DNA from: a virus
Taxonomy: Duplodnaviria > Caudoviricetes
IMG/VR virus record: IMGVR_UViG_3300037483_000750
Coordinates: 6,940-70,939 of that record
Strand: one strand, 5' to 3'
DNA length: 64,000 nucleotides
Under the pieces are notes generated by a model. The model was not told the origin of the DNA. It ran no database searches and saw only the letters and a program-made list of their open reading frames with translations. Numbering within the stretch: position 1 is the first letter of the stretch; each line of letters starts with the position of its first letter. Of this stretch, positions 25,550 to 34,616 are shown piece by piece. A program made the position numbers and the translations under genes.

Positions 25550-27679
25550 TTCGAAAACCTCCATTCCTAGGTTGTACGGGTTCGCGGCTACGTGCCCTGG
25601 CAACACGGTGGTTTCTTGCTTCTCGAACCAATCGTATACGCCATCCCTCCTGTCGCCGGCCTTGTAGGTGAACCCGTGCGACGTCCCCCAGCCTTCCGGG
25701 GCGATGATAGGGTGCCCGTCCGGGTGCTCCTTGAAGAACTCTGCGAAGGTTTCCCCGATCGGTGTCTCATCGAAAGGTCCCGCCTCAACCAGGAACCTCC
25801 CGCTCATTCCCTGCCAGGCGATGCTCCCGAACTTCGTGCCCGGAAGATGCCAGAACCAGAAGTCGCCCTTGCTCTCCTCGTCCGCGTGCCGGTCGACGTA
25901 TTCCTCGATGGCCTTGGCCGTGAACGTTTCCTTGTCCCGGTCCTCGAAGGAATTGGTCGTCCAGGTCAACAGCCACGGTTTCCCATCCGGGCCCTCGAAC
26001 ACCTTCATGCCAGCCTTGGTCGGCGTCGGCTCTCCCTTGTAGTCAGCCCAACCCAGCACGTCTCCGAGGTCCTTCATCAGCTTTCGAATGCTGCGCTGGA
26101 AGTCCTTCAGCACGCCGAGCTTGTCACCCCTGACTCGCCGGCCAGCCTTCGCGCCGGGCTTCTTCATCCCGGCCACGCCCCACAGGTAATCGGGGATGTC
26201 GTCGTCGTCGACGTCCATGCCCCGGTACTTCGCAATGAGCTTCCGAGCAGCGCCTTGCTTCGCTCCTCCGGGCAGGTCAACCTTCTGGCCTCGGTAACCC
26301 TTCGGGCCCAGCGCCGCCGCCGCCCGGCCGAGTTGCGGAACGGTCACCTTTCCTGGGCTTTCCTCGATGCGGAGCTTCCATTCGCTTGGGGCGTCCTTGT
26401 CCGGCGCGTACAGATAGGCACTGGCCTTGAATTCGTCGCCGTCCTCGGTCTTGGTCGTGGCCTTGACTGCCACCAGCGTCTGCCCCACTGCGACCTTCGC
26501 CTTCGCCTTCATGGCTTCGGCCATCATCACCGGCCGCCACTCGTCGTAACGCTTCACCTCGACCCAAGTCTCCGGCGGGTCGAACTCGAGGCCGGCCTCG
26601 GTCTCACCGTATCCGACTAGGTAGTTCTTGCCGTCAAGCTCGATGACGAACCCACCTTCGTCGAAGTAGGTGTCCACAATCCACGGATAGAGCTGAATGT
26701 TCCCTCCGCCGGGAACCTCCTTGACGAAATCGAATGCGGCTTCGAACGCTCGGCGCAGCTCCTGGGTCTGCCCCTCGTCCGACTCCCGTCCGGCCAACCG
26801 GGCTTTCTCGGAGGCCTCGCTGGCGTGCAGGGCTGCAATCTGGTCGTTGGCCATGTCTTCCGTGTCGTGGCAACCCAGCGCCTTCCCGGTCTTCTTCCCG
26901 TCCGCGCCCTTCTTGTAGACGCAGGTCTTGCCGTCTTCCATGATCTTCATGTAGGGCATGCCATCAGCTCCTTCGCTGAAGACTCCCCCGGCCCCCGTAA
27001 GCAGGCCGGCCGTGTTGCCTTCGGCCACCTTGGCCGCCAATGCCATCGCGGCCTCACCGTCGATTGCCCTTCCCGCGAGCTGGCCAACTTCCCCCTCGAG
27101 CTTTTCCCGGAAAGCCTCTATCGCTGCCGACACCGCGCTCGACAGTGAGATGCGTTCCTCCTTCGTCAGGTAGCCAGCCGCCAGCAAGTCGTCGGCCGCC
27201 TGGGTGTAGCCCTTGTGAATGCGGCTCTCGAGAAAGTCGGCCACGTTCGCCATTGGGCCGTGGCTCTCGTGACCGATATCCCCTACCTCCACCACCTGGT
27301 CCGCGTGGTGTTCCATCGGTCCCGGTTCTTTCCCTGTCGTGGTCTCTTGCGGGAACGTATTCTTGACATCCGCCAGGGCCATCGGCGCATCGAAGCGTTT
27401 GATGCTCTTGAACTTCTGGAGGTACAGGGTCTTCAGACCGGGCCACCATTCGTCGGCTTCCTCGCTTCTCACCTGGTGCTCTGCAAACCGGGTTTCGAGG
27501 TTCTCCCTGGCCAGCTCCTCCGCCGGCTCCAATTCCACTTCGGCATAGGCCTTCGTTCCGCTGGTGATGAGAAAGCTCGCATCCGTCGGCAGCGGAATCT
27601 TTGCCAGCATCGCCGTGCGCTTCCCCGTCCATACCAGGAAAGGGTGGGGCTCGGGGAGGTCGAGGCTGAATTGCTTCAT
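24869..27679 (-). CDS. Capsid maturation protease/scaffold polyprotein with extra N-terminal domains
   Basis: AGGAGA RBS with ATG at 27679. HK97-protease-like block (TWTTNSFEDRDKETF...WFWH...GWGTSHGF...QETTVLP..AANP), Ala/Glu coiled-coil C-terminus, ASCH-like N-terminus. Confidence 0.75.
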   Translation of the reverse strand: MKQFSLDLPEPHPFLVWTGKRTAMLAKIPLPTDASFLITSGTKAYAEVELEPAEELARENLETRFAEHQVRSEEADEWWPGLKTLYLQKFKSIKRFDAPMALADVKNTFPQETTTGKEPGPMEHHADQVVEVGDIGHESHGPMANVADFLESRIHKGYTQAADDLLAAGYLTKEERISLSSAVSAAIEAFREKLEGEVGQLAGRAIDGEAAMALAAKVAEGNTAGLLTGAGGVFSEGADGMPYMKIMEDGKTCVYKKGADGKKTGKALGCHDTEDMANDQIAALHASEASEKARLAGRESDEGQTQELRRAFEAAFDFVKEVPGGGNIQLYPWIVDTYFDEGGFVIELDGKNYLVGYGETEAGLEFDPPETWVEVKRYDEWRPVMMAEAMKAKAKVAVGQTLVAVKATTKTEDGDEFKASAYLYAPDKDAPSEWKLRIEESPGKVTVPQLGRAAAALGPKGYRGQKVDLPGGAKQGAARKLIAKYRGMDVDDDDIPDYLWGVAGMKKPGAKAGRRVRGDKLGVLKDFQRSIRKLMKDLGDVLGWADYKGEPTPTKAGMKVFEGPDGKPWLLTWTTNSFEDRDKETFTAKAIEEYVDRHADEESKGDFWFWHLPGTKFGSIAWQGMSGRFLVEAGPFDETPIGETFAEFFKEHPDGHPIIAPEGWGTSHGFTYKAGDRRDGVYDWFEKQETTVLPGHVAANPYNLGMEVFEVDTKQRDALKAIGGEELADLVVQLGEGRTKELEEAGVSFKATLVPKVEAIIASTKDAALKAALQAAVKAGLADEKAGLAVAAAKAKGADAKALEPILAELVEPTEPEPAPEPTPGEGGEVAALRSEFGTAMKAVAESVNTRLTGIETGLNKLLQAAGETEMMTPRASRKSIATSVIGTEKTRVDGRTSLGRAAPAETETEDAGPSGIPLIGRIKALNSGAPKVPAA

Positions 27680-27757
27680 GTCTCCTAACGCAAAACCGGG
27701 CACGACCGCCGTGTCTGGCGGACGCGCCCGGTAGGAGCGCCATAGCTTGAGCCTATT

Positions 27758-27985
27758 CTACGTTTGACCCTGCCCTGCTGTCAACAGGCGCAAGACGTGA
27801 TTTGCCAGCCTCCACGGCTCGAGTTTGGTCCGCTTCGGCTCCGTCCAGACTATCGGGTCGCCCTTCTCGTCCACCAGGACGGATATCTCCAGCACCGCCA
27901 GCCCCTGGTTCCCCTCGTGCGCCACGGACTGCAACCTGCGGATGACGTTGAACCATTCCGGCCGGATGTCTTGCGGTAGGGTCAT
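27758..27985 (-). CDS. Small hypothetical protein
   Basis: ATGA overlap; WFNVIRRLQS...VLVDEKGDPIVWTEP. Confidence 0.6.
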   Translation of the reverse strand: MTLPQDIRPEWFNVIRRLQSVAHEGNQGLAVLEISVLVDEKGDPIVWTEPKRTKLEPWRLANHVLRLLTAGQGQT

Positions 27986-28509
27986 CCCTCGTCCCCGCCA
28001 CTGAATGCTTTCTTGGCCCCCCTGCTGACGGCTCGCTCCATATCTCGGATGAATGGCCGGCGGCGCTCTTTCCGCACCTGTTCCGTCCACTTGCGCGGCT
28101 TGATACCTGGTCGGGCCTTCAGTCCCATCCGTCGGAATGCCTTCTTTCCGAAGAACAGTACTCGCCCCGCTCCGCCTCCGCTACGGAAGCTCCCCGGTCG
28201 CGTCTTGCTCTTCCAATTTGTGCTCATCATCGCCCATCGGGTGCGGGTGCCTGCCTCGAGCCAGTGCCACTTATTCACGGCCAGTTCGCTTCCCTGTGGG
28301 TAGGTCACAATCACCGCATCGCCGCCCCGCAGAGAAATCGCACTGACGAAGTGCGGTCGCTCACCCCTCCAGCTCTTGACCGTCTGCCGCATTCTCTGCT
28401 GGTGCTCGACGCCTTGATGGCGCAGGGCGTTGAGTAGCTCGAGGCGAATCTGGTCCACTCGGAGCTTCCCTGGCTTGATGGCCCTGAGCTGGATGGTCGT
28501 CCGTCCCAC
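27982..28509 (-). CDS. Basic neck/tail-completion-like protein (HK97 gp10-like)
   Basis: Very basic; contains WLEAGTR...ARPGIKPRKW. Weak resemblance only. Confidence 0.45.
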   Translation of the reverse strand: MGRTTIQLRAIKPGKLRVDQIRLELLNALRHQGVEHQQRMRQTVKSWRGERPHFVSAISLRGGDAVIVTYPQGSELAVNKWHWLEAGTRTRWAMMSTNWKSKTRPGSFRSGGGAGRVLFFGKKAFRRMGLKARPGIKPRKWTEQVRKERRRPFIRDMERAVSRGAKKAFSGGDEG

Positions 28510-28715
28510 TACCGCAGTGCTCCTTCGAACCGTAGGAAGAAGCCGAACTCACTCCATTCTCCCACAACGAGGCACCGCTTGCACTGGCAAATCATCCGTC
28601 CGGTGCGCTCATCATAGCTACGCCTGAACCGGTGGTGCTTCACCAGGCACCGCTGGAAGCCCTTGGTCAATCCGCCCCGCATCTTCGGCGGGTCAAAAGG
28701 TCGCATCGAATGCAC
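28509..28715 (-). CDS. Small Cys/His protein
   Basis: RCLVKHH...CQCKRC; coupled to neighbours. Confidence 0.45.
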   Translation of the reverse strand: MHSMRPFDPPKMRGGLTKGFQRCLVKHHRFRRSYDERTGRMICQCKRCLVVGEWSEFGFFLRFEGALR

Positions 28716-29007
28716 CGGTGGCAGTCACAGGATAGACGAGGATGGCCGGCCCCGCAACTACCTTTCCCCCGGGCGCTGCCTCGACGACCATCACCATAGG
28801 CTCGTTGGCCTGCAGGTGAATGGTTCCTCCGTTCTCAATCAGTTCACCCTGCGTCACCACCCGGACGGCCAGGGCTGGCCCGCTCGTTGCCTTCGGTCGG
28901 CTCCCCACGGGCGGCTGATGCACCCGCAGGGCGCTCCCCCCACCGATGACCTTGCGCTGGGCTGCCGTGTACTTCTGCACCCTCGTGTACGGACCGCTCG
29001 TCGTCAT
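28693..29007 (-). CDS. Hypothetical protein
   Basis: ATGA overlap at 29004-29007. Confidence 0.45.
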   Translation of the reverse strand: MTTSGPYTRVQKYTAAQRKVIGGGSALRVHQPPVGSRPKATSGPALAVRVVTQGELIENGGTIHLQANEPMVMVVEAAPGGKVVAGPAILVYPVTATGAFDATF

Positions 29008-29228
29008 GCCGCCTCCTTGTGCCGCATCTCATACGCCGTCTCTCCGCCCAGCACCGCGTCCCTCGCCCGTCCGCACCTCGGGCAGTTGTGATGCTCCGGC
29101 AGGTTCTCCCTGCTGCAGATGCAGAGCCAGCGCTTCTCTCCCAGCTGAGGCCTCGGCTTTGTGGCGCTCACCAGCCGTATCTTACCCGGAATTCCAACGA
29201 ACCCCTCACCTGCTGGCACCCCTTTCAT
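29004..29228 (-). CDS. Small Zn-ribbon protein
   Basis: CIC...CPRC motif; AGGAGG RBS. Confidence 0.5.
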   Translation of the reverse strand: MKGVPAGEGFVGIPGKIRLVSATKPRPQLGEKRWLCICSRENLPEHHNCPRCGRARDAVLGGETAYEMRHKEAA

Positions 29229-29237
29229 CGTGGCCTC

Positions 29238-29894
29238 CTATCCCGGTCCCCGCAACTCCGGCGGCCGGCCGGGCGTCACCGGTGCGTCCGTCTTCTCAAG
29301 GTTGCAGCCGCATCGCCACCCACCGCATTGGAGTTCCCTGCTCCGTGGCATGACCCCATAGCTTGCCCATACGCTTGCCCGGTAGACCCTCCCGTTCAGG
29401 TTGCGGCAGTCGTCGCAGTGCTCCTTGTTCGGGTTCCATCTCCACCTGAACTTCTGGTCGGCGCAAGCGACCAACTGCGTCTGCGTCTTCGTCCTGCCGT
29501 ACCCTGTCACCCACATCTCCGCCCGGCTATAGAGCGTGTCCAGTTTCCCGCCGTTCGCCCGGCTCCCGGCTTCGATGGCGTCCGCAAAGCCAACGATGTA
29601 CCCGATGTTCTCGTCAATGGCCTGGGTGCGAACCTCCCGGTCGGCGGGTGTGGCTTCCTCGGGAGTGAAGCCACAGGCCGCCAAGCCTTCTGTCCAGGCC
29701 TGGGACAGCCGGCGCTCGATAGTGGCGGTCATTGCCCCCTCGAACTCCCCCCGGCTCGTCTCGCCGGCCCACAGCCCTCGGACGGCCGACCGGATGGACG
29801 TGCGGTACTGCGCCTCGCCACCGGCCGCCTTCGTCCGGCGCATCCGGAGAACGGAGGCTATCAGCATGGCCGCCCGGGCAACGTTCTTGCTCAT
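29238..29894 (-). CDS. Mu gpF / SPP1 gp7-like head morphogenesis protein
   Basis: C-terminal EHCDDCRNLNG...CGGWRCGC motif; lies between portal and protease. Confidence 0.75.
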   Translation of the reverse strand: MSKNVARAAMLIASVLRMRRTKAAGGEAQYRTSIRSAVRGLWAGETSRGEFEGAMTATIERRLSQAWTEGLAACGFTPEEATPADREVRTQAIDENIGYIVGFADAIEAGSRANGGKLDTLYSRAEMWVTGYGRTKTQTQLVACADQKFRWRWNPNKEHCDDCRNLNGRVYRASVWASYGVMPRSRELQCGGWRCGCNLEKTDAPVTPGRPPELRGPG

Positions 29895-30121
29895 AAGCCC
29901 AAGAACTCCCGGATGGCCTTCGCCATAGTGCGAGCTCCTGAGCTGTAGACCGTGTACATCTCGATGGCCTTCTGGTAGTTCCGCTCAACGATGTCCCTCT
30001 CGAATGGGGCGTAGGCGGTGCCATCGAACGGGCCTTTGGGTGCTGGCAAGGTCTGCCCGGTCAGAGCCGCCCGGACGAGTTCGTGCTCGTACTCGTGCAG
30101 GTCGATGAGCGTCCCCGGCAT
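29891..30121 (-). CDS. Hypothetical protein
   Basis: GGAGG upstream; ATGA overlap with the gpF-like gene. Confidence 0.5.
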   Translation of the reverse strand: MPGTLIDLHEYEHELVRAALTGQTLPAPKGPFDGTAYAPFERDIVERNYQKAIEMYTVYSSGARTMAKAIREFLGL

Positions 30122-30126
30122 GATGC

Positions 30127-30306
30127 TCACATCTTCCTCCCCGCGGCAGTCAGCCGCTTCGCTGCCTGGCGCTTCTTGCGCCGCATGTATCCCCGCTTCC
30201 ACTCAGCTAGATGGGGGTGGCAGTATCCAGAATTCTTTCGCACGCGCGACGGCGGGAAGCTCTCCGCCACATCCCAATGGCCAGCCGAACACCACCAGAG
30301 GTCCAT
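30127..30306 (-). CDS. 59-aa basic Cys/His protein (MDLWWCSAGHW...)
   Basis: Hand-translated ORF that fills the gap between neighbours; below the track cutoff. Confidence 0.45.
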   Translation of the reverse strand: MDLWWCSAGHWDVAESFPPSRVRKNSGYCHPHLAEWKRGYMRRKKRQAAKRLTAAGRKM

Positions 30307-30307
30307 G

Positions 30308-30589
30308 TCAGCCTTCGCTTACATTCACGTTCTGGCACCGTTCGCGCGATCGGCATCCGTCCGGGTCGGCACAGTCCTCGAGCGGGCACTCCGGTCTCGA
30401 ATACATGGGCGCTATCCTCACTGTGAGCGCCGGGATGCGTCCATCGTAGCCCTGCCCACAACGCAGGCAGTAGCCCATCTTATAGGTCTCCTGGAATGGT
30501 CGGTGGCCGAGGAGCGCGCACATCACTCGATGCCAGACCGGGTAGGCCCCCACGTCCGCATGCCAAGGGAGCCAGCGCACGCCGCTCAT
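30308..30589 (-). CDS. Small Cys-rich protein (DUF1660-like)
   Basis: MCALLGH...YCLRCG motif; ATGA overlap. Confidence 0.5.
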   Translation of the reverse strand: MSGVRWLPWHADVGAYPVWHRVMCALLGHRPFQETYKMGYCLRCGQGYDGRIPALTVRIAPMYSRPECPLEDCADPDGCRSRERCQNVNVSEG

Positions 30590-31062
30590 TCTGGGTCCAC
30601 CTTCACCGGGACCGTGACCGTCCTGTCCTGGCAGCGGCACAGCTCGTCATGGTTCGGGACCCAAAAGTGGTGGACGTTGCAGGCCAACTCAGCCTTCCCG
30701 CGGGCCTTGCAGCTGCACCATTCCCCATGCTCGTTGTGGAGTTTCCACCACTGGTCCGGGGCCTGTTCGAAGTTCCTGTCGAACAGAATCTCGTCGCCGT
30801 CGTGCGATAGGAAGTGCGTTCCCCCATGCCCCCGGTAGGGGATGGGCAGGTCGACGTTGGTGTAGGTCTCCCGCAGCTCGTAGTCCCCGAGGGACTTTCG
30901 GATGCCGAAGCAGGCGTGAGCGCAGGTCAGGAACTCCAACCTCACCGCCGAAGTCGATAGCGGGTCGAACATGGAGATGGCCGCTGGCGTCCCTGGTGGG
31001 TCCACCGTCTCGGTGTAGAACTCCGCCCGTCCATAACCGTAGTCGATGACATACTTGTTCAT
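30586..31062 (-). CDS. Hypothetical protein with C-terminal Cys/His cluster
   Basis: GGAGGG RBS; WCSC...CNVHH...CRC. Confidence 0.6.
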   Translation of the reverse strand: MNKYVIDYGYGRAEFYTETVDPPGTPAAISMFDPLSTSAVRLEFLTCAHACFGIRKSLGDYELRETYTNVDLPIPYRGHGGTHFLSHDGDEILFDRNFEQAPDQWWKLHNEHGEWCSCKARGKAELACNVHHFWVPNHDELCRCQDRTVTVPVKVDPE

Positions 31063-31098
31063 TCGCCCTCCTTCCGGGCTGGCCCGCGGTTGCGCCGG

Positions 31099-31287
31099 CT
31101 ACAAGATGATGAGTAGCTCGTCTTCCTCGTCATTCCATTCGCGCCGCTCCGGAGCCGGTCGCTCCGGCGGAGGACCATAGTCCCGCCGCCCGCCCCCCGC
31201 CACAACCACTGTCACCGGCGGCGGTGGTGTGGGCGGTGCCGCCCCTGTGGTATTGCTCCAGAAGCCGCTCCCGTCGATGATGTCCAC
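31099..31287 (-). CDS. Small Pro-rich protein
   Basis: Starts directly after the beta-helix gene stop; ends EDELLIIL. Confidence 0.45.
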   Translation of the reverse strand: MDIIDGSGFWSNTTGAAPPTPPPPVTVVVAGGGRRDYGPPPERPAPERREWNDEEDELLIIL

Positions 31288-32586
31288 TTAGGCCGGGTCG
31301 ATATTCGTCACGGGGTTCCCGGCGGCCGTCGTGACCGTTGCCGTCCAGGCTGGGGTGGCGTCGTCTTCGGCCGTCACCGTCAGCACGCCGCCGGCGATGG
31401 ACCGCTTGTTCCGCAGGATACGTAGCGCATCCCTGATCGTCCGGCCCCCATTCGCTCCGCCCGCAAGCGACCGCCCCAGGGTAGCGTCGACTACCTCCAC
31501 CATCCGGTTCCACTCGATGATGGTCGCCGTCCCCCCGTCAACGATGTCGGTGGTGTTGTTCCCGAACCGGTTGTCCATGATCTCCGTGTCGGAGGTCGCC
31601 GCCCCTATGTCCACCCCGACGGCGCAATCGTGAATCATGTTGTGCATGATGTGGCTACTGGAAGCATCCGAGCCCTGCAGTGACACCCCCGCGGCTCCGC
31701 CATTGCGTAGCTCGCAGTCCTCGACCGTCGTGAAGAAGCCCGTGCCGATGCCACTGTTTATCCGCACGCAGTCCCGCACTGGGTCGGTGATGAAACAGTG
31801 GCGAATCTCGCAGTTCTGAGACTGGTTCACCACAATCCCATCCTGGTGAGCATTCTCAACCCACAGCCGGTAGAGCCTGACGAAATCGGCGGTCGTCACC
31901 CGCACGCAAGTGGCCGAGGCCCCGCCGAAGGTCATAATCCGCATCCCGCTCAGCTCGACCCCGTCGGCCTCGATGGTGAATATGTCCCCGTTGTTGCTCC
32001 GGGTGACCAGCACGTCGCGGCCTGGGCCCCGTATCTGGACGTAGTTCTTGTTGACCGTGATGGTGGTCGTCTCGGTGATGGTCGTGGGGCCGCCGCCGCT
32101 GTTGGGAAGCAGGATGATCTCGTCGTGGGCATTGCTCGTGCAGAGTGCCAGCGCCGCCGTGATGGTCTGGACGGGCAACTCCCGCGTGCCCGGGTTGGCG
32201 TCGTTCCCGCTCACCCCGTCGACGTAGAACGTCTGGCCAGCCACCGTGTGCTGGCCTCGCTGGTAGTCGATGCGGTCCAGAATGCGCTGCTGGTCGTCCG
32301 TGATGGCGCTGTGTACCCGGTACTGCAATCGGCTCGGCACTATCCCTGCCGCCGAAAGGTTGATCGAAAGCACGCCCAGCGTGTCGGTGTGGGCCGCTGA
32401 CAGCGTCATCGAGTACCAGCCGTTCTCCATCTCCGTGATGGTGACGGTCATGGCCCCGAAGGCTCCGCCGTTCTTCGAGATACGCTTGGTGAAGTCCCCG
32501 TCGACCTTGCCCGTCACGGGGTTGCCGGAGGAATCGAGCGCCACGAAGGCAATCGGTAGAGCGGTGCTACGCTTGAGTGAAATCAT
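31288..32586 (-). CDS. Right-handed beta-helix (pectin-lyase-like) spike protein
   Basis: FYVDGVSGNDANPGT...PVQTITAAL start motif followed by regular beta-helix repeats (N/D-x-I/V ladders). Confidence 0.8.
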   Translation of the reverse strand: MISLKRSTALPIAFVALDSSGNPVTGKVDGDFTKRISKNGGAFGAMTVTITEMENGWYSMTLSAAHTDTLGVLSINLSAAGIVPSRLQYRVHSAITDDQQRILDRIDYQRGQHTVAGQTFYVDGVSGNDANPGTRELPVQTITAALALCTSNAHDEIILLPNSGGGPTTITETTTITVNKNYVQIRGPGRDVLVTRSNNGDIFTIEADGVELSGMRIMTFGGASATCVRVTTADFVRLYRLWVENAHQDGIVVNQSQNCEIRHCFITDPVRDCVRINSGIGTGFFTTVEDCELRNGGAAGVSLQGSDASSSHIMHNMIHDCAVGVDIGAATSDTEIMDNRFGNNTTDIVDGGTATIIEWNRMVEVVDATLGRSLAGGANGGRTIRDALRILRNKRSIAGGVLTVTAEDDATPAWTATVTTAAGNPVTNIDPA

Positions 32587-34604
32587 CAGTTCACACCCGC
32601 TTCTATCCCCTCGAATATGCCAGTGTTCAGCTTATGCCGCAAGCCTGCCCCTCCAGCGGCGGGGACCACCGTGGCGTCCTGCGTCTCTGTTGCGGCTGCC
32701 GCTTCTACCGTCCCACCTAATGTCACCAGCGCCCAATCCGAGGCCTCGAGCGCCGCTCCCGCCTCGGTAACTGCCGCTGCCTGGTCCAGCTGGGCGGAAA
32801 GTGCGTCTGCCGCCGCCGCGGCCTCCGTCATCGCGGCCTGCGTCGTGAGCAAGGCGCTGGGTGCATCCCCCGCCGCAGCGGCCTCGGAAACCGCAGCCAG
32901 ATGGGTCAGGAGAGCGGTCTGCGCGTCAGTCGCGGAGGCGAGCTCGGTAACGCCGTCCTGGAACAGGAGGCTTGCTGATTGCGCGTCCGCCGCCGCCGCG
33001 GGCTCCGCAACCTCGGCTAGGGTGGTCAGAAGCGCGGTCGGGGTATCCACCGCCGCCCCTGCCTCGGCCGCCGCCGCCGAGTAGATTGACCCGGCGGCGT
33101 CCTGCAAGTCCGCGGCTGACCCCGCCTCGGCGACGCCTGCCAGCGTGGTCAGGACGGCGGACGGTGCATCGGCGGCGCTGGCGGCCTCCGTTACATCGGC
33201 ATCGATGCCCGAGGTGTATTCGATGTGGAGCTTGGCAGCAAGGGTCGCGGAGACGCCATAATCCTTGATACCGAGGTCACGAGTTGAAGCAGTTGTGGGT
33301 TGATGGCAGGTAACTGCCATCGTATTGTTAGCAGCCCATCCCGGCCTATCAACAACTGCCTGACATCCAGCCACCAAAGAGGGGGTGTTGAAAAATGTGG
33401 ACCCATCTGCACCGAGATCAGCCACGTCCCAAAGAACCTGATTGCCGGTGCGTGTCCTTCCAGACACATCTAACGTCCCTGTTCCTATATTCCATGCCGC
33501 CGCACTATCGGCAGCTTCAAAATCAAAATCGTGTTTCGGCTCATCTGCGGTCGTGCCCGTAGGACAAACGGACAGGTAGGCAACATCAATCGTGGCAGAA
33601 TTTGGAATGTTTACAGTTGTGAAGCGGCCCCCATACCACTCGTCTACATGATCCATGATCGCTTGCGAAGCGGTGACATCGCCCGATAAGTTCTGTGTGA
33701 CATCGTCGTTGTCGGTACCCACCTGCTCGTCAATCGTCGTGTCGATCTCAATGGGATAGTCCGCGGCCTGAAGCCATGCAATGGGGATCCGGTGCTCCAC
33801 AAACAAGTTAGGCCCGGTCCGGCGCAACCTGAATGTCCCCAGCAACTCATCTGGGTCCTGATCCTCCACGGGTGCTCCGTTAGAGCGCGGCAGGTTGAAT
33901 ACCCACAGGACCTCGCCAGTCCCCTGATGGCGGAATTCGACGTAGCCCTGAGTATCGACCGGATTGTTGACTGCCCGGTTCCACAGAACTCCATTCACGA
34001 AGATGTCGATGCCGTTCGAAACCTGGAAGATGAACTGCAACCGAGCGACGGGGTTGCCGCCCGCGATGATGGTTGCTGTGGGGGTCGGCCATCTGGATGC
34101 CTGATCGACGATAAGCCGCTTGTCCAGCCTGGCAGTTTGCGTCTGCCACCGGATGTCGAAGCCAGGCCCGAAGGCCCCCTGCCAAAACAGGACGTCCTCG
34201 TCCTGGACGACCGCGCTCGCCGCCTGCGGATTGGCGATGGCCTGGATTTGATCGAGGTCGTTCGTGTACTGGAGCTGCTGGGGTTGGAAGGCGATGCTCT
34301 CGCCCGTCCCGGGGTGGACGTACTTGACGATCTGGCCGGATGCGAAGTTGGCCAGCGCGAGCGCATTGTAGCCAGCCTGCACCATCTGGAAGTCCCAGGG
34401 CGCAACGCCTGGCTGCCAAGCGGTGTTGATCTCCTGGTCCTCGGCCGGCCCGAAGTGCATCGGCCCGATGCCGAGGTCGAGCATGAACTTGTTGGGGTTT
34501 GTGGGATGCTGGTGCTTGATGGAGTTGCGGAGACGCGCAACAACCGTGGCACCAGGCCACGATTGTTGCGCCCTCTCCCGAGCCTCCCTAGCAGGATGGG
34601 TCAC
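32586..34604 (-). CDS. Fibre/whisker-like structural protein with about nine 20-aa Ala-rich repeats
   Basis: Globular N-terminal part; C-terminal repeats V(T/A/S)EAxxAxDxxxAxLxxxAx. Confidence 0.65.
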   Translation of the reverse strand: MTHPAREARERAQQSWPGATVVARLRNSIKHQHPTNPNKFMLDLGIGPMHFGPAEDQEINTAWQPGVAPWDFQMVQAGYNALALANFASGQIVKYVHPGTGESIAFQPQQLQYTNDLDQIQAIANPQAASAVVQDEDVLFWQGAFGPGFDIRWQTQTARLDKRLIVDQASRWPTPTATIIAGGNPVARLQFIFQVSNGIDIFVNGVLWNRAVNNPVDTQGYVEFRHQGTGEVLWVFNLPRSNGAPVEDQDPDELLGTFRLRRTGPNLFVEHRIPIAWLQAADYPIEIDTTIDEQVGTDNDDVTQNLSGDVTASQAIMDHVDEWYGGRFTTVNIPNSATIDVAYLSVCPTGTTADEPKHDFDFEAADSAAAWNIGTGTLDVSGRTRTGNQVLWDVADLGADGSTFFNTPSLVAGCQAVVDRPGWAANNTMAVTCHQPTTASTRDLGIKDYGVSATLAAKLHIEYTSGIDADVTEAASAADAPSAVLTTLAGVAEAGSAADLQDAAGSIYSAAAAEAGAAVDTPTALLTTLAEVAEPAAAADAQSASLLFQDGVTELASATDAQTALLTHLAAVSEAAAAGDAPSALLTTQAAMTEAAAAADALSAQLDQAAAVTEAGAALEASDWALVTLGGTVEAAAATETQDATVVPAAGGAGLRHKLNTGIFEGIEAGVN
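32660..33195 (-). repeat. About nine tandem 20-aa degenerate repeats
   Basis: VTEAASAADAPSAVLTTLAG / VAEPAAAADAQSASLLFQDG / VSEAAAAGDAPSALLTTQAA and similar units. Confidence 0.8.
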
Positions 34605-34616
34605 GCCGCGGCCCGC

